Shown one piece after another: positions 18,713 through 27,943 of a DNA stretch of 64,000 nt (positions are counted from its first letter, which is position 1; each line of letters opens with the position of its first letter). Below the pieces are notes generated by a model that worked only from the letters and a program-made list of their open reading frames with translations, had not been told where the DNA came from and ran no database searches. The stretch comes from a virus, in the IMG/VR virus record IMGVR_UViG_3300021091_000012; one strand, 5' to 3'. A program made the translations under genes and the position numbers.

Positions 18713-19605
18713 CGAATAATATTTAAAAACTGATTCATACGAACCTTCCAGGAATGTTTTTCTAAAACCGTTTTTTGTGCAACTTCTGCTAACTCAATTC
18801 TGATCCGATCATTATTCAAGTAATACTCAAACATATCTTCCCAATCTTGCATCGAACTATAAACTATCCCTTCTCCAAAGTATTCTAATACGTTAGGATG
18901 ATCACATAGCTGAAATCCACCACACATAGCTATTTCAAAAACTCTACCATTAAAGTCGAGCCTATCTTCTTGATCCGTGGATTGCTGCTTTTGGTTTTGA
19001 TAATGAAAATTTAAGTTGATTTTTGTAGTTGAATAAATTGATGGAATGTCCGAATGCTGAATATATTGATGGTTTCCAAATCCACTATAAAAGCCTTTAT
19101 AACCTTTTTGCATTAATGGATAGAGATAGCGATCCTCATGCCTATATCCATGTCCGTTTGATCCAAACTGTCCTATAAAACTCAAATCATATGTAGTATC
19201 TGCTTGAATTGGTTTAAATAAAGTGGTGCTCGCTGCCAAGGGTAAGAAGTGCAAGTTCATACCGTGGTGTTCAAATAGACTTGCTACTAGATCGTGTTTA
19301 TATGTATGTTCTAGCCATATATCTACACAATCCTTAATCAGAAGGTAGTCTTTAGAAAAACCAAAACATACAACTGCGATTTTGGTGCTTGGATTTAGTT
19401 GTTTAAATAGTAGCAGCTTTTGTACATCAGGCATGCCCATAAACACAGCCCAATCTATGTTAACTAAACTCATAGTGCTATAATCATGCTGACCAGTTGG
19501 AATTGTATACACTTCATGTCCTAGTTCAGTTAAACCTTCTATCCATCCAAATCCTGTAGGAATAAAATGATTGAAAGACTCTATGATTGTAAACTTCTTG
19601 CTCAT
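18709..19605 (-). CDS. glycosyltransferase (GT-B, CgeB/Glyco_trans_1_2-like)
   Basis: YDLSFIG, KINLNFH, NGRVFEIAMCGGFQL, HSWKVR. Confidence 0.85.
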   Translation of the reverse strand: MSKKFTIIESFNHFIPTGFGWIEGLTELGHEVYTIPTGQHDYSTMSLVNIDWAVFMGMPDVQKLLLFKQLNPSTKIAVVCFGFSKDYLLIKDCVDIWLEHTYKHDLVASLFEHHGMNLHFLPLAASTTLFKPIQADTTYDLSFIGQFGSNGHGYRHEDRYLYPLMQKGYKGFYSGFGNHQYIQHSDIPSIYSTTKINLNFHYQNQKQQSTDQEDRLDFNGRVFEIAMCGGFQLCDHPNVLEYFGEGIVYSSMQDWEDMFEYYLNNDRIRIELAEVAQKTVLEKHSWKVRMNQFLNIIR

Positions 19606-20102
19606 ACTACCGAGTGTAAAAATACATGATGAGCCATTTCAACTTCACCATAGTTTGTAGAATCTACCCAATAGCTCATTTTAATATTTCTAGTCTCTAG
19701 TAAGTTAAGATCATTCATAGGACTAAAACCACTTAACACTACAGTTGGTATTTGCAACTCATCACATTTATAAGCTGCGTTTATAATGTTTGCACTATTG
19801 CCTGATGATGATATTAGAATAGCTAATTGGTTAGGAGCATAGTTATACTCTATGAATTTGGAGTACATATTGTTTGCTCCGTAATCGTTGACTATCATGG
19901 TCATTAGATCAGATGCATTTGGCACATGACATTTTTTGCCAAAAAACTTTGCATAATCAACAGCCATATGAGATGCTATAGCATTACTCCCTCCATTCCC
20001 TATTAGTATGACCTCAGAAGCATTTAATATTAGCTGCCGCAGCGATTCTACATCATCTGAAGGTATGCTGTTAATTATGTTTGATAGCTTAGCTAAGTTC
20101 AT
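19602..20102 (-). CDS. gmhA: SIS-domain phosphoheptose isomerase
   Basis: IGNGGSNAIASH, NDYG, ISSSGNSANI, YGEVEMAH. Confidence 0.85.
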   Translation of the reverse strand: MNLAKLSNIINSIPSDDVESLRQLILNASEVILIGNGGSNAIASHMAVDYAKFFGKKCHVPNASDLMTMIVNDYGANNMYSKFIEYNYAPNQLAILISSSGNSANIINAAYKCDELQIPTVVLSGFSPMNDLNLLETRNIKMSYWVDSTNYGEVEMAHHVFLHSVV

Positions 20103-21270
20103 TTAAAACATCTTTTAGAGTGTCAATAATATATTCTTGCTCTGCTGGGGTAATCTCTGCAAAGAATGGTAGCCACAACCCTTGGTTGTGAAATTTCATA
20201 GTTTGGGGCAAATCTATACCACTAAATTCGTTTTCAAATACGGGCTCCATGTGAATTGCTTGAATATCCCACTTACATCCAATGCCTCTCTTTCTGAGTG
20301 CGTCTACAACTTGATCTCTATCAAATTTATCATTTAAGATTAGGTGGTAGTTTTGCCAATTATATCTTGTGCAATAGTCTGGTATTAAATTGGATGCTTG
20401 AGCATAGTCGCCTAAACAAAAACTAACTAAATGATTATAATATCTACCTGCTACACTTCGTAGTTCAACCTCTTCATTAAAAACAGTCAGCTGAGCAATT
20501 CCAACTGCTGCAGTAATATCTGAAATCTTGTAGTTGCCACTGATCTTATCAAAGGACTCTTTTAACAAATAAGTTGCTTTATCTCTTTCAAGTGGACTGA
20601 TTGTGGTTCCAAAAGCTCTATACGACCGTAACCACTCTGCTTGTTTAGCGTCACGTGTTACAATCATACCACCTTCCCCAGTAGTTAAACATTTTCTAGC
20701 TTGAAAGGAGTATGTAACTAGATTTCTTCCTTTGCCAATCTTATTCCCTTTATATTCGGTACCTAATGCGCACGCTGAATCTTCAACAACTGGAATACCA
20801 TATTTTTCTGATATGACGTTAATTGCATCCATATCACATGGGACTCCCATTTGATGGACTACAATAATAGCTTTTACTGAGTTTGGATTAGATTGGATGA
20901 GTCGTTCGATTTCGTGAGCTTCGGGTACTCCAAATTCATTCACATCACACCATAGTGGCGTAGCACCAACGAGTATTGGAGCAAATCCAGTTGCAACCCA
21001 AGACCAGGATGGACATATTATCAAGTCGCTCTTGTCGTAGCGCTTTCCACCATTAAGACATGCTAGAGACATCTCAATAGCACAAGTACCATCTGAAACA
21101 GCAACGTAGTGTCCTTCCGGATCTTCGTTGTAGTCTTTAATTGCTTCCTCAAACTTAGCGATTGTTGGACCACCAGAAATCCAGCGAGTATCGAGTACTT
21201 TTGATATTTCATCTAAAATTGCTTCCTTATTTAGAAAAGGACGACCTAACGGTATTGATTTGTTCTGCAT
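20089..21270 (-). CDS. DegT/DnrJ/EryC1/StrS PLP aminotransferase
   Basis: VVHQMG, VEDSACALG, YSFQARKCLTTGEGGM; start reassigned to MQNKSIP. Confidence 0.92.
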   Translation of the reverse strand: MQNKSIPLGRPFLNKEAILDEISKVLDTRWISGGPTIAKFEEAIKDYNEDPEGHYVAVSDGTCAIEMSLACLNGGKRYDKSDLIICPSWSWVATGFAPILVGATPLWCDVNEFGVPEAHEIERLIQSNPNSVKAIIVVHQMGVPCDMDAINVISEKYGIPVVEDSACALGTEYKGNKIGKGRNLVTYSFQARKCLTTGEGGMIVTRDAKQAEWLRSYRAFGTTISPLERDKATYLLKESFDKISGNYKISDITAAVGIAQLTVFNEEVELRSVAGRYYNHLVSFCLGDYAQASNLIPDYCTRYNWQNYHLILNDKFDRDQVVDALRKRGIGCKWDIQAIHMEPVFENEFSGIDLPQTMKFHNQGLWLPFFAEITPAEQEYIIDTLKDVLNELS

Positions 21271-21280
21271 GTTTTTATTT

Positions 21281-22186
21281 TCAATATAGTAACTTTTCTT
21301 TAATATCCCAAATGAATTGGTTAGTGTTTGTGAATATTTCTCTTCTATTAACCTTATTAATAAAGTCATCTAGCTGCAAATGTAGATTAGAAGAGGTAAG
21401 CGACATTGTTGCTTTTTTTATATCGTCCGTGATTAGTCGATATCCCACATTTCTATAATCATCCAATCCTTCTATAGAAGCGTAGCGGGATCCGTTCAAG
21501 TATATGTCATCGTCTTCCCAAATTAGACTACCCTTATCTCCAATGATTTCAATTTTTCGTACTCTATTTGGGTGTCTCCACGAACTAAAAAATGTTGTGG
21601 TGTGATGTTGACTACTTACGTTTAAAAACAAAGTGTCTGGCTGGATAGGGTATCCAAAGGAAGATATAAGCTGGCCTCCAACTATATTTACGTCATTAGG
21701 CTCGAAGAGTGCTTGATACAAATACAAGTCATGAATTGCGTAATCTTCTATAATAGAAACGTCTGTCCTAATTCTAGGACCCATTGATGCTCTCTCAAAT
21801 CGACTATAAATTATATCACCCAGAAAATGTTGATTAAGTCGTTCTTTAATGAACTTATATTGTGGAGAGCTTAAAAAGATATATCCAGGAAAGCAGTGAG
21901 CAAACTCTAATTTATTAGAGTCAATTCCACAAGGTTTTTCTACAAGAATGTTAGAGTCGGGTATAGGTAGCTGGTTCTTTAAGTCTAGGTGAAGTTCTGC
22001 ATTTGTAGCTATAATAGCGTGCGTATATTCTACATCTACTTCACTTAAATCACTATATAAAGGAACATCAACTTGTATTACTGGGTTGGGATCAACCACT
22101 CCTACTAACTCGTAGAGTGATGTTTTAATTGTTTTATACCAATTCTTTCCCCAGTAACCACAACCGATCAACAATATCTTATTCAT
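21281..22186 (-). CDS. Gfo/Idh/MocA oxidoreductase
   Basis: IGCGYWG, LVEKP, DYAIHD. Confidence 0.88.
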   Translation of the reverse strand: MNKILLIGCGYWGKNWYKTIKTSLYELVGVVDPNPVIQVDVPLYSDLSEVDVEYTHAIIATNAELHLDLKNQLPIPDSNILVEKPCGIDSNKLEFAHCFPGYIFLSSPQYKFIKERLNQHFLGDIIYSRFERASMGPRIRTDVSIIEDYAIHDLYLYQALFEPNDVNIVGGQLISSFGYPIQPDTLFLNVSSQHHTTTFFSSWRHPNRVRKIEIIGDKGSLIWEDDDIYLNGSRYASIEGLDDYRNVGYRLITDDIKKATMSLTSSNLHLQLDDFINKVNRREIFTNTNQFIWDIKEKLLY

Positions 22187-22187
22187 A

Positions 22188-23090
22188 TCAAAACTCTATT
22201 ACACTAAAACCCTGTCCAATACTTATTGGAATACCATTTTTTATTTTTTTATCCTTCTCCACTACAACTAAGAAATAACCTCCAGCACCTGCTCCTATCA
22301 ATCTCTTAGCTAATACGTCACTTAGTTTGCCTTCTAAAGTGAGTATCTTGGTATTGAGTATTTCAGATGACGTTTGCTTTTTGAGCTCCCACCCTCTGTT
22401 TATTTCATCAAAAACCAATCCAAACTCATTCCGATGCAGATAGTCGTCCATGTTTTGCAAAGGTTTAATTAGATTGTGAATCTTATCTACATCTAGCGAT
22501 GATAGTACGTTAGTTGATGATCTAGTAACTCCCGTAGAAACTAAATACATACTATATTGATCAAATAACAAAGGATCGTAGTAATGTACACCATCCAATC
22601 CTGCAGAATTAAACTCAAGTTTTTTAAAGCCATTAAACACACAACCGTAGATATCCTGATACCCAGTTAACGGATTAAACGTATGTTCAAGACTTATTGC
22701 CAACTTAGCTAGCTCAAGTGCTTCTAGTTTTTCACCCTTAAAAGCTAGCGCTGCATTAATCATTGCAATTAGATAGGAGGAGGAGGAAGCAAGTCCAGAT
22801 CCGGTGGATGGTATGTCGGACGTAAATATAACCTCAACTGGTGGTAGGTTAAAATGTTTTATGACCTCTCTAGCTATGTCGTTTTTAATCTCATCTGGAT
22901 CTAAGCAATTATCTATGCTTGAGTATATTATTCTATAGTACTTAGTGCTGCTAGGTTTTATAGTGATGTATGTGTATAAATTAGAGGTAAAAGTAATCAC
23001 AGCTCCTCTTCTGTACTTGTCTAAGTAGGCTTTTAGATCCGTAGACCCTCCTGCTAAGGATACTCTCAAAGGGCATTTACTAATTATCAT
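22188..23090 (-). CDS. hddA: GHMP sugar kinase, heptose-7-phosphate kinase-like
   Basis: CPLRVSLAGGSTD, GSGLASSSS, GYQD, GAGAGGY. Confidence 0.85.
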   Translation of the reverse strand: MIISKCPLRVSLAGGSTDLKAYLDKYRRGAVITFTSNLYTYITIKPSSTKYYRIIYSSIDNCLDPDEIKNDIAREVIKHFNLPPVEVIFTSDIPSTGSGLASSSSYLIAMINAALAFKGEKLEALELAKLAISLEHTFNPLTGYQDIYGCVFNGFKKLEFNSAGLDGVHYYDPLLFDQYSMYLVSTGVTRSSTNVLSSLDVDKIHNLIKPLQNMDDYLHRNEFGLVFDEINRGWELKKQTSSEILNTKILTLEGKLSDVLAKRLIGAGAGGYFLVVVEKDKKIKNGIPISIGQGFSVIEF

Positions 23091-23536
23091 AACCTTTTTA
23101 TAACTTTACATGGATTACCCACAGCAATGCAGTTATCAGGAATGTCCGAGTTAACAAGAGACAACGCTCCAATGATTACATTACTACCTATGCTAACCCC
23201 TTTTAGCACAACACTATTTGCGCCTATCTGCACATTGTCTCCAATAGTTACTGGAGCTCTATCAATGTGTGTGCCGTTTTTGGTATCTTTTTGGGTATTT
23301 TGCAATCGATAATTGCTAGAGTCGTGAGTATATATATGTACTCCTGAGCTAATAGACACCTGACTTCCAATCTTTAGTCCACCACTACCGTCTAGTAGAC
23401 AAAAATACCCTATCCAAACATCATCACCTAACTCAATAAAATCTTTTCCTCTTAGAATGCAAAAGTCATTATACTGACTTCCTATTTCGTTTTTTAGTAG
23501 CTTCCAGTCTGGGAGGGTTGTAGTGCTTGTATCCAT
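23087..23536 (-). CDS. hexapeptide-repeat acetyltransferase
   Basis: LbH repeats; YTHD; AVGNPCKVI. Confidence 0.88.
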   Translation of the reverse strand: MDTSTTTLPDWKLLKNEIGSQYNDFCILRGKDFIELGDDVWIGYFCLLDGSGGLKIGSQVSISSGVHIYTHDSSNYRLQNTQKDTKNGTHIDRAPVTIGDNVQIGANSVVLKGVSIGSNVIIGALSLVNSDIPDNCIAVGNPCKVIKRL

Positions 23537-24447
23537 TTGTAAGTTTTTAGTATACCTTGATTGATTGTATTTTTAGGTTTCCAACCAATGCTTTTTAATT
23601 TTTCAACTGAACCTACTCTCTTCTTCTCTATATCAGTTCTGTTTTCGGGTAATATACTAACTTCTAACTTAACATCCAACTCATCTTCAATAACTCTAAT
23701 CAGCTGAGTAATTGATATCCCAGTTTCCGTTGATACGTTATACATTTCGTTATTCCAGTCTTCCGTTGCTTTCAATATTGCAGACACAACATCTTCCACA
23801 TAGACAAGATCTAATATTTTTTCATCCGGATTTCCGTAAACGGTGATGTTGTTATTACCATCACTGACGTTGTTTAACCAGTTATATACGATTTCGGTAT
23901 ATGCTCCTTCGCAATCCATTCGCACACCATATACAGAGAAAAATCTACATATAGAATATTTGAGTCCGTGGGATTTTGCAAAAGTGCGCATCAGTCCTTC
24001 TGTATAGTACTTTGCAGCACCATATAATGTATGCGGTTCGCAGGGATCAGTTTCTTCAATAGGAAACCTTTTTGGATTATTATACACAGATGCAGTAGAT
24101 GCAAAAAACAGCTTTATATCGTTTTCTGCACAGAACTTAACTACTTCAAGTCCAGCAGTTGCGAGCATTGTATGTCCTTCTTGAGGAAACTTCGCGCAGC
24201 GGTTAATTCTAGTAGCAGCTAAATGGTAGACGGCCGACACATTTTGTAAAGTGCTAAAGTCAAACGTTGACAACTCAGCTTGTATAAATTCGTATTTTGG
24301 ATTATCTAATAAATGTTTTATGTTTCGAAGATTGCCAGTTCGAACTAGATTATCTATTAGATAAATCTTGTCATACTTTTCGCAGATCGCCTCTGCTAAA
24401 TGGCTTGCTATAAAACCCGCTCCACCTGTAATTACTGCGCTACTCAT
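23494..24447 (-). CDS. NAD-dependent NDP-sugar epimerase/dehydratase
   Basis: ITGGAGFIASH, FASTASVY, YGAAK, RFFSVYG. Confidence 0.92.
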   Translation of the reverse strand: MSSAVITGGAGFIASHLAEAICEKYDKIYLIDNLVRTGNLRNIKHLLDNPKYEFIQAELSTFDFSTLQNVSAVYHLAATRINRCAKFPQEGHTMLATAGLEVVKFCAENDIKLFFASTASVYNNPKRFPIEETDPCEPHTLYGAAKYYTEGLMRTFAKSHGLKYSICRFFSVYGVRMDCEGAYTEIVYNWLNNVSDGNNNITVYGNPDEKILDLVYVEDVVSAILKATEDWNNEMYNVSTETGISITQLIRVIEDELDVKLEVSILPENRTDIEKKRVGSVEKLKSIGWKPKNTINQGILKTYKWIQALQPSQTGSY

Positions 24448-25219
24448 TGTCTATTAGTTTTTGGTATTTTTGTCTCATTAAGCTGTGGTAATGCTCTGCT
24501 AAATCTCTTTCATTAACCTTTCCATCAATAACCTCTAAGGTGGTCGTGTATTCAGATAAGCGATACAACCAAGTTGGATTGGGTAGATAGGTTACTTTCT
24601 TATTATAGAATAAAACTCTTGCCCAATATTCAAAATCACAAACACCTCTAAAAGTATCTACATCTGGAGTTCCTATCTCATCGTGTAGCTTAGTCTTGTA
24701 TACGGTTCCTGGGGCTGGGATGTAGTTGTTGCTTCTTGTGATTTGTTTGTTTTTTACACCAAACCATTCGTTAAAAACTCCTCGAGGATTCGAATAATCC
24801 CAAACTTGCTGAAGTGGTCCCATTAACTCTCCGTTAGCAGTTAAATCACTTCCCACTTTCATACCATTTGAGTATACGAGATCACAATCGGTATTGTGAA
24901 AAGCTTCAAGTGTGCGTTTATAGAACAAAGTGCTAAATACATCGTCCTGTCCTGTGTTGTGTATTAAATCTCCTTTGATAAGAGGAATAGCCCCAATCCA
25001 ACCACCACTACACATTCGATGTCCGTAGTTTACATCACTATAATAGTATTCAACATCTAATCCCTCAACTTGACTTTTTATGTTTAAGTCACCATTATCA
25101 TTAAAAACAATATACTGGTAATCGGCATTTGCTTCTTGCAAAGCTTTGAGATTTAAAGCCACAGATTCTCGAATATATGGATTGTCTCTAAATGTATTGT
25201 GAATTACTGTTATCTTCAT
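24440..25219 (-). CDS. glycosyltransferase, GT-A/GT2-like
   Basis: IVFNDNG, GQDD, CDFEYWAR, LYR. Confidence 0.75.
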   Translation of the reverse strand: MKITVIHNTFRDNPYIRESVALNLKALQEANADYQYIVFNDNGDLNIKSQVEGLDVEYYYSDVNYGHRMCSGGWIGAIPLIKGDLIHNTGQDDVFSTLFYKRTLEAFHNTDCDLVYSNGMKVGSDLTANGELMGPLQQVWDYSNPRGVFNEWFGVKNKQITRSNNYIPAPGTVYKTKLHDEIGTPDVDTFRGVCDFEYWARVLFYNKKVTYLPNPTWLYRLSEYTTTLEVIDGKVNERDLAEHYHSLMRQKYQKLIDNE

Positions 25220-25623
25220 CTTGCTGGGTTTCCTTTTACAGTTGCGTTATCAGGCACATCTTTAGTGACTACTGCACCAGCTCCTATAGTTACGTTGTTC
25301 CCTATTCTAACTGGTAGTATTGTTGCATTTGATCCTATTCGAACATTGTTACCTATGATTGTCATTCTTTCAACCCAACTATCTCTATCTTCAGTGAATT
25401 TATCATTTGTAAACATAACTCCATGAGCTATGAAACAATCATCACCTATTTCTACACTTGAACAAATAAAGGAATGTGATGATACTCTAGATCGGTTGCC
25501 AATTCGTACGTTTGATTGTATTTCAACAAAAGGACCTATAAAAACATCATCACCTAGCTCACATCCATATAGGTTAGTGTAGTGTGATATAGTTGCATTT
25601 TTACCTACTTTTACGTTTTTCAT
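25216..25623 (-). CDS. hexapeptide N-acetyltransferase (WbpD/FdtC-like)
   Basis: NLYGCELG, GPFVEIQ, HGVMFTND, GNPAR. Confidence 0.9.
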   Translation of the reverse strand: MKNVKVGKNATISHYTNLYGCELGDDVFIGPFVEIQSNVRIGNRSRVSSHSFICSSVEIGDDCFIAHGVMFTNDKFTEDRDSWVERMTIIGNNVRIGSNATILPVRIGNNVTIGAGAVVTKDVPDNATVKGNPAR

Positions 25624-26600
25624 ACTCCTAATATACTAATCATTTTATCAACAAACAACTCCTTATGGTAGTGCTTTTGGTATTCACGATTAGCGTATTC
25701 GCTTGTCATTTGGTAGAAGTCAGGATCTGTAGCTAGCTTTTTGGCTAATTGCTTTGCTTGATGCACATCATCTACGTCTACAGATAAGTGTGGGTGACAT
25801 ATTGATTGAGTATCAACTTTAGCATTACCGATACATGGAATACCTAAGTAGGCACAATTAAGACTAAAAGTTCCAGCTGCTACTGTAGGCATTAAATGAA
25901 CGGCATATTTGAATTGTGATAGTTGATGCATCCACTCTACCCAAGTAACTCTTGGTAGGTGATTAATTAGCTGCTCTTCGTGGTCTCTTTTTGAGTGCGA
26001 AGTCATTGTCCAAATATCAACATCAAACTCCTGAGCTACTATCCATGATTGCATGCCTCCATACCATCTACTAAAGTTTCCTCCTACGATTGCTTTGTCT
26101 TGTGGATTCCATTGCAAGCCCTCTATAGAATCTGCAATCATTAGAGTTGGAATTACATGAACTTTGTTGTGATCCAAGAAGCCACTCCAAAACTTAACAT
26201 CAGCATGATTGTGAGCAAACATACCATCTGACTCTCGTATCATGTTAATAAAGTTAATTTGATCTGCTAGTTCGTAATCATTAAACCACCAACAAGGACC
26301 TTCTTGAATAAAGAATACCTTTTTGTTGTTTTGTTTAAGACGTACTACCATCTCGCTACTCATTAAACCAGATACTGGATTGGGTTGATCAACTAATTTA
26401 GACCCTTCAGCGCTTAGAAATGTTTTTCCTTTTGGAAAAATAATCATAACTACATCGTAGTCCTTAATGTTGTTTGCATCGTGTAGGTTGTGGTGATTGG
26501 CATCAAGAGCGTGCATCCACGCAAACTCTGTACGCATGTTGGGATGATTAGCAGGTATCTTACCTACAAACGGCATCTCGGTTAGGAAAGCTATTTTCAT
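25620..26600 (-). CDS. putative GT-B glycosyltransferase
   Basis: MKIAFLT N-terminus; C-terminal FSLNCAYLGIPCIG resembles the GT-B donor-binding motif; island context. Confidence 0.6.
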   Translation of the reverse strand: MKIAFLTEMPFVGKIPANHPNMRTEFAWMHALDANHHNLHDANNIKDYDVVMIIFPKGKTFLSAEGSKLVDQPNPVSGLMSSEMVVRLKQNNKKVFFIQEGPCWWFNDYELADQINFINMIRESDGMFAHNHADVKFWSGFLDHNKVHVIPTLMIADSIEGLQWNPQDKAIVGGNFSRWYGGMQSWIVAQEFDVDIWTMTSHSKRDHEEQLINHLPRVTWVEWMHQLSQFKYAVHLMPTVAAGTFSLNCAYLGIPCIGNAKVDTQSICHPHLSVDVDDVHQAKQLAKKLATDPDFYQMTSEYANREYQKHYHKELFVDKMISILGV

Positions 26601-27220
26601 AGAGTACTATAGTATGCGTTTTGCTTTTCTTGTTTTTGTATTGTTTTTGGATGGTACAACGAGTAGTCTTCTTCCATTGGTAGATATGCAAACTGTTTGT
26701 GCCCTTCAAGCCGCTCGTGCACCTTATTTACCCACTTAATCTCAGGAATGTTTCTATAAATTCGAGTTTGATAATCAGGCCAATTCACCCATCCTTCTGA
26801 ATTTACATTCCATCTCCACTTCGCTACGTGTTCCGGAGTCAAGCCATCGACTGTGTTTACTCTAGGCACTGCATATAAATCAACTGCAGAATTATGCTCT
26901 AATATAGCGGGTAGTGATTCTATCACAGGAGTACATGGCAGTTCATCGGCATCTATTTGGAAGATGTAATCTCCAGTACAGAGTGAAGTTAATTTGTTTT
27001 TCCAGTTTGCAAAGTGGCCATCAAATTCAGCTTTATGCCAACTAAACTCACCATAGAGAGAATGCGACCGCAGATACGCTTCGATTTCGGGATCACCGTT
27101 TTTAGAGTCGTAGAGTATGACAATATTATCTTGCTGTCTTTTGTTCTTCAGCAAAAAATTAACCAACCTTTGTATCTCCACAAACTCATTGCAGACTGTA
27201 ATAGCGTAACTGATTTTCAT
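26597..27220 (-). CDS. glycosyltransferase family 2
   Basis: ISYAITVCNE, YIFQIDADE, WPDYQTR, VHERL. Confidence 0.9.
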   Translation of the reverse strand: MKISYAITVCNEFVEIQRLVNFLLKNKRQQDNIVILYDSKNGDPEIEAYLRSHSLYGEFSWHKAEFDGHFANWKNKLTSLCTGDYIFQIDADELPCTPVIESLPAILEHNSAVDLYAVPRVNTVDGLTPEHVAKWRWNVNSEGWVNWPDYQTRIYRNIPEIKWVNKVHERLEGHKQFAYLPMEEDYSLYHPKTIQKQEKQNAYYSTL

Positions 27221-27223
27221 AAA

Positions 27224-27721
27224 TTAAGTTGTTTGAATAAACCCAATAAAGTGGCAGGCGGTGTAGAAGTCCTTAGAGTCAAACTTTCGTCCAAGTGACA
27301 TATCGATTCTACGAGTATAGTATTGATCCTTCTGGCCAGGAATTGGATAGTTGTTTTGCTCTTCTTGAGGAATCTCAACAGCAGGAGCTGCAGTCCAATT
27401 CCAATCATCCTTACTTGTACCATCTGGAAAGATGATACCAAAGCTAGGAAAGTTAAGAACAATTGGATACCAAACTAAATTGGTTTCAGGATCAATCCAC
27501 TTTAGATCTTTAATGATCTCTGCTGTAGTTTCTTCGTACCCAGCAATAATATCGGATCCATCCTTGTTTAAGGTTGTTGACGTGTATCCACAATCAATAC
27601 ACATCCAACTAGTAACGAGCTGATCTGTATCTCCTGTTCCTGATATTGATTGATTTTCTTCAAAGCATTGCTCCCCACCACAGTGTGGGCATGTTATCTT
27701 ATTTGGTTCAGTATGTTCCAT
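27224..27721 (-). CDS. Zn-binding hypothetical protein
   Basis: CPHC...CIDC. Confidence 0.75.
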   Translation of the reverse strand: MEHTEPNKITCPHCGGEQCFEENQSISGTGDTDQLVTSWMCIDCGYTSTTLNKDGSDIIAGYEETTAEIIKDLKWIDPETNLVWYPIVLNFPSFGIIFPDGTSKDDWNWTAAPAVEIPQEEQNNYPIPGQKDQYYTRRIDMSLGRKFDSKDFYTACHFIGFIQTT

Positions 27722-27941
27722 ATTCTAAAGTAAATGATGCTCCGTTATTGTCTTTAGACGCTTCCCTCAGCCATTCGTAGTTTTCTCTCAGACTGGTAAT
27801 TTCAAACCTACTATGTACTTCTTCCGACTCAACCATTTCAAAACGGTATGCTATACCTCGAGATGATAAAAGAGCTATTAAGTAGTTGTGGCTAAAGTGT
27901 GTATGCGTTTGTGCATAAAATCTCATTGTTGGATTTTCCAT
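27708..27941 (-). CDS. hypothetical protein
   Basis: ORF in array. Confidence 0.55.
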   Translation of the reverse strand: MENPTMRFYAQTHTHFSHNYLIALLSSRGIAYRFEMVESEEVHSRFEITSLRENYEWLREASKDNNGASFTLEYGTY

Positions 27942-27943
27942 TG

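Noticed and set aside
27217-27462. Nested minus-strand ORFs (also 29468, 37354, 37975, 39081, 40164, 44155, 58115)
   Set aside because: Out-of-frame overlaps within stronger genes
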